Shown here one piece after another: positions 10,250-19,170 of a stretch of DNA of 32,000 bases. The position numbers were made by a program, and so were the translations under genes. This DNA comes from Candidatus Saccharimonadota bacterium (lineage in GTDB: Bacteria; Pseudomonadota; Gammaproteobacteria; Enterobacterales; Enterobacteriaceae). How positions within the stretch are numbered: the stretch's first letter is position 1; each line of letters starts with the position of its first letter. The notes beneath the pieces are model-generated. The model had not been told where the DNA came from, did not search any database, and saw nothing but the letters and a program-made list of their open reading frames with translations. The stretch is taken from the NCBI GenBank assembly GCA_041941795.1, contig CP145872.1:30001-62000 (forward strand), given 5' to 3'.

Positions 10250-11716
10250 TTATAGTAATGGACTCCAAAAATAACATAACCGTTCCAAAATCCGGTGCCA
10301 CAGCGGTCGAAGTCTCCATTGGTGTACGTCTATCAGACGTGAATGGTTGAGATAATTTTTCTGTATAAAAAAAAGATTTTTACTAAAGTGGTTATCATCT
10401 ATTACTATAGTAATTTCAAGATTAAGCCATAAACTACGCATATCAAGATTGACGGTACCTAGTAAACTCAATTGCCCATCAATATGTACGCTTTTAGTAT
10501 GTAATAAACCTCCTTCAAATTGATAAATTTGAACCCCGGCTTCTAATAATTCAGTAAAAAAAGACCGGCAAGCCCAACCTACTAAAAGTGAGTCATTGGA
10601 TCGTGGAATAATAATACTTACGTCCACCCCGCGCTGAGCTGCGATACATATCGCCTGGAGTAAATCATCACTGGGGACGAAATAGGGGGTGGTCATGATA
10701 ATAGCTTCTCGAGCAGCAAAAATAGCGGTCAGCAATGCCTGATGAATCATATCTTTAGGAAAATAAGGACCCGGACCAGATGCTATTACTTGGATAGCTT
10801 GTTCAGTGGTGTCGTTCTTGAGAGTAGAAAGGAGAGGAGGAAGTGGTGGTAAAATACGTTGACCCGTTTCCCACTCCCAGTCACAGGAGTAAATAATTTC
10901 CATGAGATAAGCCACCGGACCTTCCATCCGAACCATTAAATCAATCCATTGACCCACTCCTGCTTTTTGCCTAAAAAAACGGGGATCTACTAAATTCATG
11001 CTGCCCGTATAAGCAATATTATTATCAATAAGTACCATTTTACGATGCTGACGTAAATCAAGTCGTCGAAAAAATATTCGCAATAAATTCACATGCAAAG
11101 CTTCGACTACTTCTATTCCTGCATTGCGCATCAAAGATGCAAAAGGACTACGAAAAAAAGCCCGACTGCCCGCGGAATCTAACATAATCCTACAGTTTAC
11201 CCCGCGCTGAGCCGCAGTAATAAGTGCCTTTGCTACGGTATTAGCCATTCCCCCTGGTTGCCAAATATAGAAAACCATTTTAATATTATTGCGGGCTAAT
11301 TTGATATCACGTATTATTGCTTGCAATGTATCATCTGTGCTAGTTAGTAAGTCTAATTGATTTCCTTTAACACTAGCAATGCCTTGCCGTAACTCACAAA
11401 GATGAAATAATGAACGGGCTACATCACTCTTCTTAAGAGCCAATATTGCCGAACATTTTGTGAAATCATTAAGCCACTGCCTTATTGAAGGCCACATAAT
11501 ACGTGAACGTTTTTCTCTAGTTTTTCCTAAATAAAGTTCTCCTAGAGTAAAGTAAGTTATAACGCCAAATAATGGAAGGATATATACTATTAATAACCAG
11601 GCCATAGATGATTGTACTGCTCTGCGTTTCATGAATATTCGAACCGTTACGCTAGCAATCAATATCCAGTATAACAAGATCAAAATTACGCTGATGAAGC
11701 GGTAGAGAGTAGTCAT
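10250..11716 (-). CDS. clsA: cardiolipin synthase A
   Basis: 488 aa. Two N-terminal TM helices and two PLD HKD motifs ([18 protein letters not shown] and [18 protein letters not shown]). Ends FWSPLL, as E. coli ClsA ends FFSPLL. Confidence 0.96.
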   Translation of the reverse strand: MTTLYRFISVILILLYWILIASVTVRIFMKRRAVQSSMAWLLIVYILPLFGVITYFTLGELYLGKTREKRSRIMWPSIRQWLNDFTKCSAILALKKSDVARSLFHLCELRQGIASVKGNQLDLLTSTDDTLQAIIRDIKLARNNIKMVFYIWQPGGMANTVAKALITAAQRGVNCRIMLDSAGSRAFFRSPFASLMRNAGIEVVEALHVNLLRIFFRRLDLRQHRKMVLIDNNIAYTGSMNLVDPRFFRQKAGVGQWIDLMVRMEGPVAYLMEIIYSCDWEWETGQRILPPLPPLLSTLKNDTTEQAIQVIASGPGPYFPKDMIHQALLTAIFAAREAIIMTTPYFVPSDDLLQAICIAAQRGVDVSIIIPRSNDSLLVGWACRSFFTELLEAGVQIYQFEGGLLHTKSVHIDGQLSLLGTVNLDMRSLWLNLEITIVIDDNHFSKNLFFIQKNYLNHSRLIDVHQWRLRPLWHRILERLCYFWSPLL

Positions 11717-11801
11717 AGGATCATCTATATGATGTCGGATAATATGTTTATGTTATGTAAATTTTACCTTCTTTAGGTATTCAATACTACTATTTAATAT
11801 A

Positions 11802-12006
11802 GTGCGAGTTGGTGATAATATTATATTTTTCAGTGCCATACCAAAAAAATAGGTACAAATAATCTTCCATTTATAAGACAAGTAATCTTTTGAAAAAAAA
11901 GATCCGCCTGTTTGATTTAGTAATTTTTCCAGAACAAAAGTTCCCTCAAAAATCCTTTTACTCGTCGTCTCAAAGGAGGTTAACTAAGAATATGCATCCC
12001 GGCTGA
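11802..12006 (+). pseudogene. rluB: possible relic of 23S rRNA pseudouridine synthase rluB (frameshifted fragments)
   Basis: VRVGDNIIFFS (compare AVGRLDVNTCGLLLFTT) at 11802. A second frame ends KKKIRLFDLVIFPEQK...SSSQRRLTKNMHPG* (compare the RluB tail YLRELVELPPETSSK and its basic C-terminus). E. coli order is rluB(+) btuR(-) yciK(-). Confidence 0.35.
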
Positions 12007-12010
12007 CGAA

Positions 12011-12036
12011 TCTCTCCTAGGAGAGGAGCTTTTTAT
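12011..12036 (+). terminator. short terminator-like hairpin plus T-run, probably a fossil of the rluB/cobO convergent terminator
   Basis: The perfect 14-bp palindrome CTCTCCTAGGAGAG (12012-12025) folds as a 5-6 bp stem with loop CUAG. A TTTTT run follows at 12030-12034, 5 nt after the relic stop at 12004-12006. Confidence 0.3.
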
Positions 12037-12127
12037 TACTAATCATACTTCATGCCAATTATGTTGTTATCCTACCAAGAACATCTCGAACACTTTTTAC
12101 TTGAATAATTGTTCAAAGAACAGTAAA

Positions 12128-12214
12128 TCAGGTTTTCTTTTCTATACAATAGAAACAGAAACTTATCCCGCTCTCTTCCTTACCGTTTACGTTAGTCGTC
12201 AAAACATTCCATCC
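12128..12214 (-). pseudogene. cobO: possible relic of cob(I)yrinic acid a,c-diamide adenosyltransferase cobO/btuR
   Basis: Minus-strand GWNVLTTNVNGKEESGISFCFYCIEKKT*. Compare the BtuR P-loop region GIIIVFTGNGKGKTTAAFG..GHGKKV. The NGK-to-F spacing is identical, and the position directly downstream of yciK matches E. coli. Confidence 0.3.
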
Positions 12215-12262
12215 TTATAACATTAATAATGAGGTGCGAGAAAAAACCCCTATTTGCATTTA

Positions 12263-13039
12263 CTAACTGTCCGCCGTCGTCCTAATTAATGTCTTTTGAG
12301 CATCAAAACTTACCCCATTTTCATGGACACTATCTTCTCCCATTAAGTAAAGATAAATTGGCATAATAGCCGCCGGAGTGGGTAATATTTCGGCATTTTC
12401 TTGCGGAAACGCACAGGCACGCATTTTAGTTTTTATAGGTCCGGGATTAATACAGTTGATCCGTAAGTGAGTCTTTTTATGCTCATCAGCTAACACTTGC
12501 ATGAAGCCTTCGGTAGCAAATTTTGATACACAGTATGCTCCCCATCCCGAACGTCCTTTACGTCCTACACTAGAACTGGTTAGGATTAGGGAACCACTAA
12601 GTGAACATAAGAGTAACGGCATTAAAGCTTGAGTGAGGAGAAAAGTTGCATAAATATTCACATTCATTACTTGATGCCAAATTATAGGATTTTGTTGGGA
12701 TATAGGTTTAATCTCTCCTAACATGCTGGCATTGTGTAAAATGCCGTCAATTCTTGAATAATTGGACGAAATTTTTTGCGCTAAATTGAGATAATTTTGT
12801 GGATTAGTTTCTTGAAAATCAATATCATAGTATGATGGTGCTGGTCGGGTTTTATTGGAAAGTAAATGAATTTCATCTCTGACCTTTTTGAGTTTTACTT
12901 TATTTCGACCTAATAAGATAATCTCAGCTCCATAACGTGCATAGGTAAGAGCCGCTTCACGTCCTATACCACTGCTAGATCCTGTTACTAAAATAATTTT
13001 GTTAGCTAAAAGATTCATTCTAGGGGTGTAATGATGCAC
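12263..13039 (-). CDS. yciK: SDR-family oxidoreductase YciK
   Basis: ILVTGSSSGIGREAALTYARYGA Rossmann motif and YxxxK (GAYCVSKFATEG). Co-linear with E. coli YciK. I prefer the GTG at 13039 (GAGAGG SD 5 nt upstream, gives M-HHYTPRMNLL versus E. coli MHYQPKQDLL) over the ORF-track TTG at 13054. Confidence 0.92.
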   Translation of the reverse strand: MHHYTPRMNLLANKIILVTGSSSGIGREAALTYARYGAEIILLGRNKVKLKKVRDEIHLLSNKTRPAPSYYDIDFQETNPQNYLNLAQKISSNYSRIDGILHNASMLGEIKPISQQNPIIWHQVMNVNIYATFLLTQALMPLLLCSLSGSLILTSSSVGRKGRSGWGAYCVSKFATEGFMQVLADEHKKTHLRINCINPGPIKTKMRACAFPQENAEILPTPAAIMPIYLYLMGEDSVHENGVSFDAQKTLIRTTADS

Positions 13040-13185
13040 AGCTACCTCTCGCAATTAATTGCTCTTTCAATAGTCAAAACTAAACGTATAAATACAGTAC
13101 AATATACCACACTGTAATAAAAAATTTATGATCTTTATATTGTGAAACTTATAAATAAATCTCATCAGTAATAAGAGGTACTTTT

Positions 13186-14193
13186 GTGGAATATATTCTC
13201 AGTTATGGATTGTTCTTGACTAAGATGGTTACAATCATGATAACCATAACCATCATGATTATGATGATAATTAATTTTATCCCGTCTAAAAAGTCATTGT
13301 CGGGAAGATTGCAATTCACAAATTTAGGAGATCACTATCGTCAAATAAAAAATGAAATTATTTTATCCTCCATGACGCCACAGGATCGTAAACGATGGCA
13401 AAAGAAAAGAAAAAAATATAACCTATTTGGGATCTCGCCACCAACTGACAAGAAAGATAAAAATGGGGTGCTTTATATCCTAGATTTTAAAGGCAGTCTG
13501 GATGCCTCAGAAGTCCATTCATTACGGGAAGAAATTTCAGCTATTTTAATAGGGGCCAAAAAGAATGATGAAGTTCTCTTGCGTCTGGAAAGTGCTGGTG
13601 GTTTAGTCCATAGCTATGGACTAGCTGCTTCTCAATTACAGCGATTGCGTCATAAAGGTATTTTTTTAACAGTGGCGGTAGATAAAATTGCGGCCAGTGG
13701 AGGATATATGATGGCATCGGTAGCTAATCACATTATGGCTACTCCGTTTGCGGTAATTGGTTCCATAGGTGTGGTAGCACAACTGCCTAATTTTTATCGT
13801 TTCTTAAAACGTCACGAAATTGATATAGAACTTCATACTGCGGGTGAATATAAACGAACTTTAACATTCTTAGGAGAAAATACTGAAAAGGGTCGTCAAA
13901 AGTTTCGGGAAGATCTCTCAACTACGCATCAACTCTTTAAAAATTTTATTCATGAAATGCGACCACATCTAGATATCGATCACGTGGCCACAGGAGAACA
14001 TTGGTTTGGAACTCATGCGTTGAAAAAAGGGCTGATTGATACTATTGGTAACAGTGACGATTTTATCCTCCAAAAAATTGACCAATGTGAATGTATTGCC
14101 GTCCATTACATCTCTCGTTCATCACGCTGGAGAGAAAAATTTTTTCATATATACAATCGTATCAAACCCCTTCTGCTCTCCTTACTAAAGTAG
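13186..14193 (+). CDS. sohB: S49-family inner-membrane peptidase SohB
   Basis: 335 aa. GTG start with an AAGAGG SD and an N-terminal TM. ESAGGLVHSYGLAASQLQRLR and DKIAASGGYMMA (catalytic Ser region) are co-linear with E. coli SohB. Divergent from yciK, as in E. coli. Confidence 0.94.
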   Translation: MEYILSYGLFLTKMVTIMITITIMIMMIINFIPSKKSLSGRLQFTNLGDHYRQIKNEIILSSMTPQDRKRWQKKRKKYNLFGISPPTDKKDKNGVLYILDFKGSLDASEVHSLREEISAILIGAKKNDEVLLRLESAGGLVHSYGLAASQLQRLRHKGIFLTVAVDKIAASGGYMMASVANHIMATPFAVIGSIGVVAQLPNFYRFLKRHEIDIELHTAGEYKRTLTFLGENTEKGRQKFREDLSTTHQLFKNFIHEMRPHLDIDHVATGEHWFGTHALKKGLIDTIGNSDDFILQKIDQCECIAVHYISRSSRWREKFFHIYNRIKPLLLSLLK

Positions 14194-14234
14194 TAAGATT
14201 GACTTTATTTAGTATGTCCTGCTCATCATACGGT

Positions 14235-14433
14235 ACAAGAAGTCTTCAGCGACGCATAATAATAGAGGAGTGAGGAAGTTCAAAGGAAGATAAAAACTCT
14301 GGATTCTTGAACCGAAAAATTATTCTAAGATCAATTAAGATCAGGGATAAAATCGTGGTTCCCGAAGTTACTACGTACGCTACGTTTAGAAAACACTGAG
14401 AATTATCCTTCTTTGTTGATGAAACGTTCTCAC
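14235..14433 (-). pseudogene. ihfA: ihfA (integration host factor alpha) pseudogene relic
   Basis: Three co-linear minus-strand fragments lie in shifting frames. TFHQQRRIILS matches LFFEEIRRALEN. SVRSNFGNHDFIPDLN* matches QVKLSGFGNFDLRDKN. QESRVFIFL* matches TARRVVTFRP. The relic sits directly downstream of pheT, where ihfA sits in E. coli. Confidence 0.55.
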
Positions 14434-14464
14434 CCTGGATATATGCACTGAGGGATGATACGGT

Positions 14465-16876
14465 TTAACTTCTCAAAATTGCCTGGAAGCGCATCTTTAA
14501 TGCTTCTAAACATCTTGATATAAGAGCAGATACTTCATCTTCTTTTAGTGTTCGGTGTTGATCATGTAAAATTACGCTAAAAGCAATACTTTTATAACCT
14601 TTTGGGATTCCAAAACCACGGTATACATCAAATAAGTTGAGAGTAATGCTTTTATTAGATAAGACTTTTTGACATTCCTTTATTATCTCGAATGACGTTA
14701 TGTGTTCCGATACCACGATAGCTATATCACGACGATTAGATGGAAATTTTGATATTTCCTGGATAATAATAGGACAGTTAGTATCTGTAACTCTCTTACA
14801 GAGTAACTCAAAAATTACAGTTCGATTTTTTATTCCTAATTGTTGTTCTAATAAAGGGTTTATTACTCCTATAATCCCAATAGGCTTATGTTGTAAATAA
14901 ATGGTGGCACTCTGACCAGGATGTAGTGCGGGATGAAGCTCAGACTTGAAGTAAATTTCAGTTTTTCCCGTGAGGTCCAATAAGGCCTCGACATCTCCTT
15001 TTAAATCATAAAAATCTACTAGTCTCAACGGCATATCCCAATGTTCTTCATACTTATTTCCGCTTAAAATACCGGTAATCATTAAATCTTCTTGAAGAAG
15101 ATTTTCTTTTTGGGGTATAAAACGGTTGCCTATTTCAAATATTCGTATACATTTTTGCTGACGATTTTGATTGTAAATCAATACGGAGAGTAAACCACTC
15201 CACAGTGATAACCTCAGAGCTGACATTTCTGACGAAATGGGGTTTAACAATTTCAGTACTCTCCTTCCCGGATGAAGAATATTTTGGATCTTGGGATCGA
15301 CAAAGCTATAAGTAATGACTTCTTGATACCCTCTATCAACTAATAAAGTCCTAATACGATTCAATGAAATTTTATGAGGAGGTTTACTCCTATTACTATT
15401 AAATATAAAATCTGTTTTCAGGGATTTACGAGGAATATTGTTATATCCATAAAGGCGAGCTATTTCTTCCACTATATCTTCTTCTATTCTCAGATCAAAT
15501 CTCCAAGATGGAGTTTTTACATTCCATCCACTTTCATTATCAGTTAATAGGCAACCTAACCTAGAAAGAAGATCCACTACTTCATTATCATTGATATGAT
15601 AACCGAGGAGAAGATCGAGTTTTTTACGACGCAGGATTATGCTTATGCCCTGAGGAACTAATATTGGATTAGTAACATCACTCAGAGGTCCCACTTGACC
15701 GCCACAAATATTATGTAATAATTCTGTGGCCATGTCTATTGCTTTATACTGGATGAAAGGATCGATGCCGCGTTCATATCGGTGTGAAGCAGGAGTATGT
15801 AACCCATAATGACCGGCTCGACCAATAATAAATTCAGGACTGTAAAATGCACTTTCTAGCAGAATATCTGTTGTATTGCTATGCACCATAGATCGCTGTC
15901 CTCCTATAATGCCTGCTAAAGATAGGACTTGATTATTATCTGCTACTACCAGCGTATTACTTTGAAGCTTAGCCGAACCATTCTTTAGTACCAATTGTTC
16001 ATCGGGGTGAGCCATTCGGACTATTATTCTCCCATCAATTATCTTCCTATCATATACTTGGATGGGTTGTCCTAGTTCTATTAAAATATAGTTGTGAATA
16101 TCCATCACTATATTATCCGAAATCATATCGCATCTTCTTAGTTTTTCTCGGATCCAGAATGGAGTGGGAACGTTAACATTAATGTCTTTTAATAAGCGTG
16201 CTAAATAGCGTGGACAAGCTTCTGATACTTCCACCCTTATGGGTAAGATATCCTCTACTCCAATTTTGGGAAAGGTTATAATTTTTTCTTTTAATTTTAA
16301 TTTGTTTCTGACCGCAATTTCTCTTGCTATCCCACAAATGCTTAGACAATCAGCGCGATTAGGTGGAACGTTAATTTCAATAGTCTTATCATCTAGTTGC
16401 AGATAGTCACGAATATTCATTCCTAATGGAGCCGAGGTAGGTAATTCAATAATAGAATCATTATGTAAGTGATGATCAGGAAGGCCTAAATCCGACAATG
16501 AACATAACTTTCCTTCGGAAGTAATGGTGGTCCGTATCGAATTGTATTTATGATCTTGAAGGAGACAATTCTCTGAGTTCATATGTTGGTCTCTCCGGGA
16601 GACAGCTACTTTGAGACCTTTTCGGCAATTCTCCGCTCCACAAACTATATTGAGCACTCTTTCTTCACCTATGTGAACTCTGGTCGTAGAGAGGTTACAA
16701 AGTGGCTTACATTCTATTATCTCCCCAACCACCACATCTTCTTCTGCACAATAATTACCAGCTCCTGTAATAACATTCTCTACTGCTAGTCCTGATAAAG
16801 TTAGCTGTTCCGCTAAAGTTTCGGTATCAATGTCTGGGTTGACCCATTCTCTGAGCCAAGCTTCACTGAGTTTCAT
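14465..16876 (-). CDS. pheT: phenylalanyl-tRNA synthetase beta subunit
   Basis: 803 aa. MKLSEAWLREWVNP start, with B3/4, B5 and FDX-ACB domain order. Follows pheS after an 8-nt gap. Confidence 0.97.
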   Translation of the reverse strand: MKLSEAWLREWVNPDIDTETLAEQLTLSGLAVENVITGAGNYCAEEDVVVGEIIECKPLCNLSTTRVHIGEERVLNIVCGAENCRKGLKVAVSRRDQHMNSENCLLQDHKYNSIRTTITSEGKLCSLSDLGLPDHHLHNDSIIELPTSAPLGMNIRDYLQLDDKTIEINVPPNRADCLSICGIAREIAVRNKLKLKEKIITFPKIGVEDILPIRVEVSEACPRYLARLLKDINVNVPTPFWIREKLRRCDMISDNIVMDIHNYILIELGQPIQVYDRKIIDGRIIVRMAHPDEQLVLKNGSAKLQSNTLVVADNNQVLSLAGIIGGQRSMVHSNTTDILLESAFYSPEFIIGRAGHYGLHTPASHRYERGIDPFIQYKAIDMATELLHNICGGQVGPLSDVTNPILVPQGISIILRRKKLDLLLGYHINDNEVVDLLSRLGCLLTDNESGWNVKTPSWRFDLRIEEDIVEEIARLYGYNNIPRKSLKTDFIFNSNRSKPPHKISLNRIRTLLVDRGYQEVITYSFVDPKIQNILHPGRRVLKLLNPISSEMSALRLSLWSGLLSVLIYNQNRQQKCIRIFEIGNRFIPQKENLLQEDLMITGILSGNKYEEHWDMPLRLVDFYDLKGDVEALLDLTGKTEIYFKSELHPALHPGQSATIYLQHKPIGIIGVINPLLEQQLGIKNRTVIFELLCKRVTDTNCPIIIQEISKFPSNRRDIAIVVSEHITSFEIIKECQKVLSNKSITLNLFDVYRGFGIPKGYKSIAFSVILHDQHRTLKEDEVSALISRCLEALKMRFQAILRS

Positions 16877-16884
16877 TTTTCTTG

Positions 16885-17880
16885 TTATGGAAATTGTTTA
16901 AGAAATCGTAAATCATTTTCATAAAATAACCGCAAATCAGTTATGTGATAGCGCAACATTGCCAGCCGTTCTATCCCTATTCCAAATGCTAATCCAGAAT
17001 AAAGATTTTCATCCAGTCCTACTGTTTGAAAAACTTTAGGATGCACCATACCACACCCTAAAACTTCGATCCATTTACCATCTCGATTTCTTATATCAAT
17101 TTCCGCAGACGGTTCGGTAAAAGGAAAATAAGAAGGTCGAAATCTAATTTCGACCTCTTCTTCAAAAAGATCCGTTATAAAATCATCTAAGATCTTTTTC
17201 AAATGAGCAAAACTTACATTTTTCTCTACCATTAACCCTTCTATTTGATGAAACATTGGAGTGTGAGTAAGATCGCCATCTTTACGATATACTCTTCCTG
17301 AAGCTATGATGCGGAGAGGAGGTTTTTGAGTTTTCATAATTCTAATTTGAACTCCCGACATTTGGGTTCGTAACAAATTATTATTATTCAACCAAAATGT
17401 GTCATGATCAGTGCGGACCGGATGGTTACTAGGAATATTTAGAGCATCAAAGTTATGATAAGTATCTTCTATTTCGGGACCACTGACTACTTGGAATCCT
17501 AAGCTACAAAAATATTTTTCAATATTGTTAATTGTCCTCGTGATAGGATGAATACGACCCGGCTTGATACCCCGCCCTGGTAATGAGATATCTAGATTTT
17601 GACGGGATAGTTGCCCCTGCAGTTTCGACTTTTCTAACAATTTTTTTTTTACTTTATACGCCTCTAGCAACTGTTTTTTTGCTTCATTAAGCTGTTTTCC
17701 GGACTCCCGTCGTTTATCATCAGCAGGTAAATATCGTAAATCATTCATCTGGATCGTCATATGACCTTTTTTTCCCAAATATTCGATACGCATCCTTTCT
17801 AAGTCACTTAGATCATTGATATTTTTAATATTTTTAATAAAATTAAAAACTATCTCATTGAGAGAAAATATATCGTCCAT
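16885..17880 (-). CDS. pheS: phenylalanyl-tRNA synthetase alpha subunit
   Basis: Class II motifs ([25 protein letters not shown]-like [11 protein letters not shown]). The true start is most likely ATG 17880 ([10 protein letters not shown]... gives 331 aa versus 327 aa in E. coli). The ORF-track start at 17958 adds 26 unconserved codons that abut the rplT stop. Confidence 0.95.
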   Translation of the reverse strand: MDDIFSLNEIVFNFIKNIKNINDLSDLERMRIEYLGKKGHMTIQMNDLRYLPADDKRRESGKQLNEAKKQLLEAYKVKKKLLEKSKLQGQLSRQNLDISLPGRGIKPGRIHPITRTINNIEKYFCSLGFQVVSGPEIEDTYHNFDALNIPSNHPVRTDHDTFWLNNNNLLRTQMSGVQIRIMKTQKPPLRIIASGRVYRKDGDLTHTPMFHQIEGLMVEKNVSFAHLKKILDDFITDLFEEEVEIRFRPSYFPFTEPSAEIDIRNRDGKWIEVLGCGMVHPKVFQTVGLDENLYSGLAFGIGIERLAMLRYHITDLRLFYENDLRFLKQFP

Positions 17881-17958
17881 ATTTTTATAATTTATTTTCA
17901 AAAATTTCAGGAACCTGTTTCCACTAGGAGTGCAGTTGATCTTTATATGCGAAAGCAC

Positions 17959-18315
17959 TTATTTTTGAAATATTTTAGCTTTTTCCACTAATAGAGAAAA
18001 AGTTGAGGGATCAAAACAAGCTATCTCAGCCAGAACTTTTCGATCCAGTTCAATAGAGGTGTTCTTAATTCCATTCATGAATTGGCTATAAGACATTCCA
18101 TGGGTTCGAGCCGCCGCATTAAGACGCATAATCCATAATTTTCGAAACTGTCGTTTGCGCTGGCGACGATCTCGGTAAGCATACTGCCCCGCTTTAATGA
18201 CAGCTTGAAGAGCCACCCTATATGCACGTGATCGTGCTCCATAATAACCTTTTGTTTGTTTCAGGATTTTTTTACGACGTGCATGTGCAACCACACTTCG
18301 TTTGACACGAGCCAT
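17959..18315 (-). CDS. rplT: 50S ribosomal protein L20
   Basis: 118 aa. [30 protein letters not shown] is canonical L20. Confidence 0.97.
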   Translation of the reverse strand: MARVKRSVVAHARRKKILKQTKGYYGARSRAYRVALQAVIKAGQYAYRDRRQRKRQFRKLWIMRLNAAARTHGMSYSQFMNGIKNTSIELDRKVLAEIACFDPSTFSLLVEKAKIFQK

Positions 18316-18369
18316 ATGTATTACCTATCTTTATTCTGTATTAACCATTATTAGTACTTGGCGGTTATG

Positions 18370-18567
18370 TTATGCATAGGGCAAGCAAACTCTAACTAGA
18401 CCTAAATCGCCTTTAGATACCCTGTATTTTGAACGCAGATGACGTTTACGCTTAGAGGATTTCTTCGTCAAAAGATGACGGAGACCAGATTTTTTATGTT
18501 TAAAACCTCCAGAAGAAGTTTTGTGGAAGCGCTTGACCGCACTACGGACACTTTTAATCTTCTGCAT
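18370..18567 (-). CDS. rpmI: 50S ribosomal protein L35
   Basis: Starting at ATG 18567 gives a 65-aa protein, [36 protein letters not shown]..., the same length as E. coli L35 ([24 protein letters not shown]...). The ORF-track start at 18588 adds 7 codons. Confidence 0.95.
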   Translation of the reverse strand: MQKIKSVRSAVKRFHKTSSGGFKHKKSGLRHLLTKKSSKRKRHLRSKYRVSKGDLGLVRVCLPYA

Positions 18568-18618
18568 ACTGAACACCATTTTCGACATTTATTATTAAAT
18601 TAATTTTTGTTAAAGATA

Positions 18619-19170
18619 TTACAGTTGTAATATTTTCTTCTTGGAAGCTAAAACCATAATCATTTGTCTTCCTTCTATCTTGGAAGGCCAATATTCTACT
18701 ACAGCTATCTCCTTAACATCTCTTTGGATCCTATTTAACACTTCCATTCCTAGTTGGTGATGATTCATTTCTCGACCTCGAAAACGCAAAGTAATTTTTA
18801 CTCTATCACCTTGTTCTAAAAAACGTATTAGACTCCGTAATTTTACATGATAGTCACCTTCGTCTGTACCGGGACGGAATTTTATTTCCTTCACTTGAAT
18901 ATTTTTCTGCTTTTTTTTCTGTTCTTTCGAGCTTTTGTTCTTTTCGTATATAAATTTACCATAGTCTATCATCAGACAGACGGGAGGAACTGCATTAGGG
19001 CTAATTTCTACTAAATCTACCCCCGCTTGTTCCGCTTGTTCTAAGGCTTCATTTATACTAACTACACCTAGTGATTCACCGTCTAAACCTGTTAAACGTA
19101 CTTCGTGTACACGAATTTCCGTATTAATTCTATTCTGACGGATTGAATGAATCGATTTACCTACTTTAAT
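18619..19170 (-). CDS. infC: translation initiation factor IF-3, ATT start codon
   Basis: The frame stays open upstream of the ORF-track ATG (18972) back to ATT AAA at 19170-19165. This gives [73 protein letters not shown]..., 183 aa, co-linear with E. coli IF-3 (180 aa, AUU start). A GGAGG SD lies 8 nt upstream. Confidence 0.92.
   Translation of the reverse strand: MKVGKSIHSIRQNRINTEIRVHEVRLTGLDGESLGVVSINEALEQAEQAGVDLVEISPNAVPPVCLMIDYGKFIYEKNKSSKEQKKKQKNIQVKEIKFRPGTDEGDYHVKLRSLIRFLEQGDRVKITLRFRGREMNHHQLGMEVLNRIQRDVKEIAVVEYWPSKIEGRQMIMVLASKKKILQL

Noticed and set aside
10626-11212. Exact 14-nt repeat ACCCCGCGCTGAGC at 10626-10639 and 11199-11212
   Set aside because: Both copies encode AAQRGV in the two homologous PLD/HKD halves of cardiolipin synthase. 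This is an internal domain duplication, not a mobile or regulatory repeat.
11638-11650. TTCGAACC motif that resembles a tRNA T-arm
   Set aside because: It lies inside the cls coding sequence and no cloverleaf can be drawn around it.
11973-12006. Perfect AAGGAGG followed by an ATG and a 4-codon mini-ORF (MHPG*), which looked like a leader peptide or small-gene start
   Set aside because: The SD-ATG spacing is long (11 nt). The motif falls inside a longer frame better explained as the basic C-terminal tail of a degraded rluB (see findings).
13051-13062. 12-bp palindrome GCAATTAATTGC at the yciK/sohB divergent region
   Set aside because: It is AT-rich, short and single-copy, and it overlaps the discarded TTG start of yciK. 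There is no evidence for a binding site.
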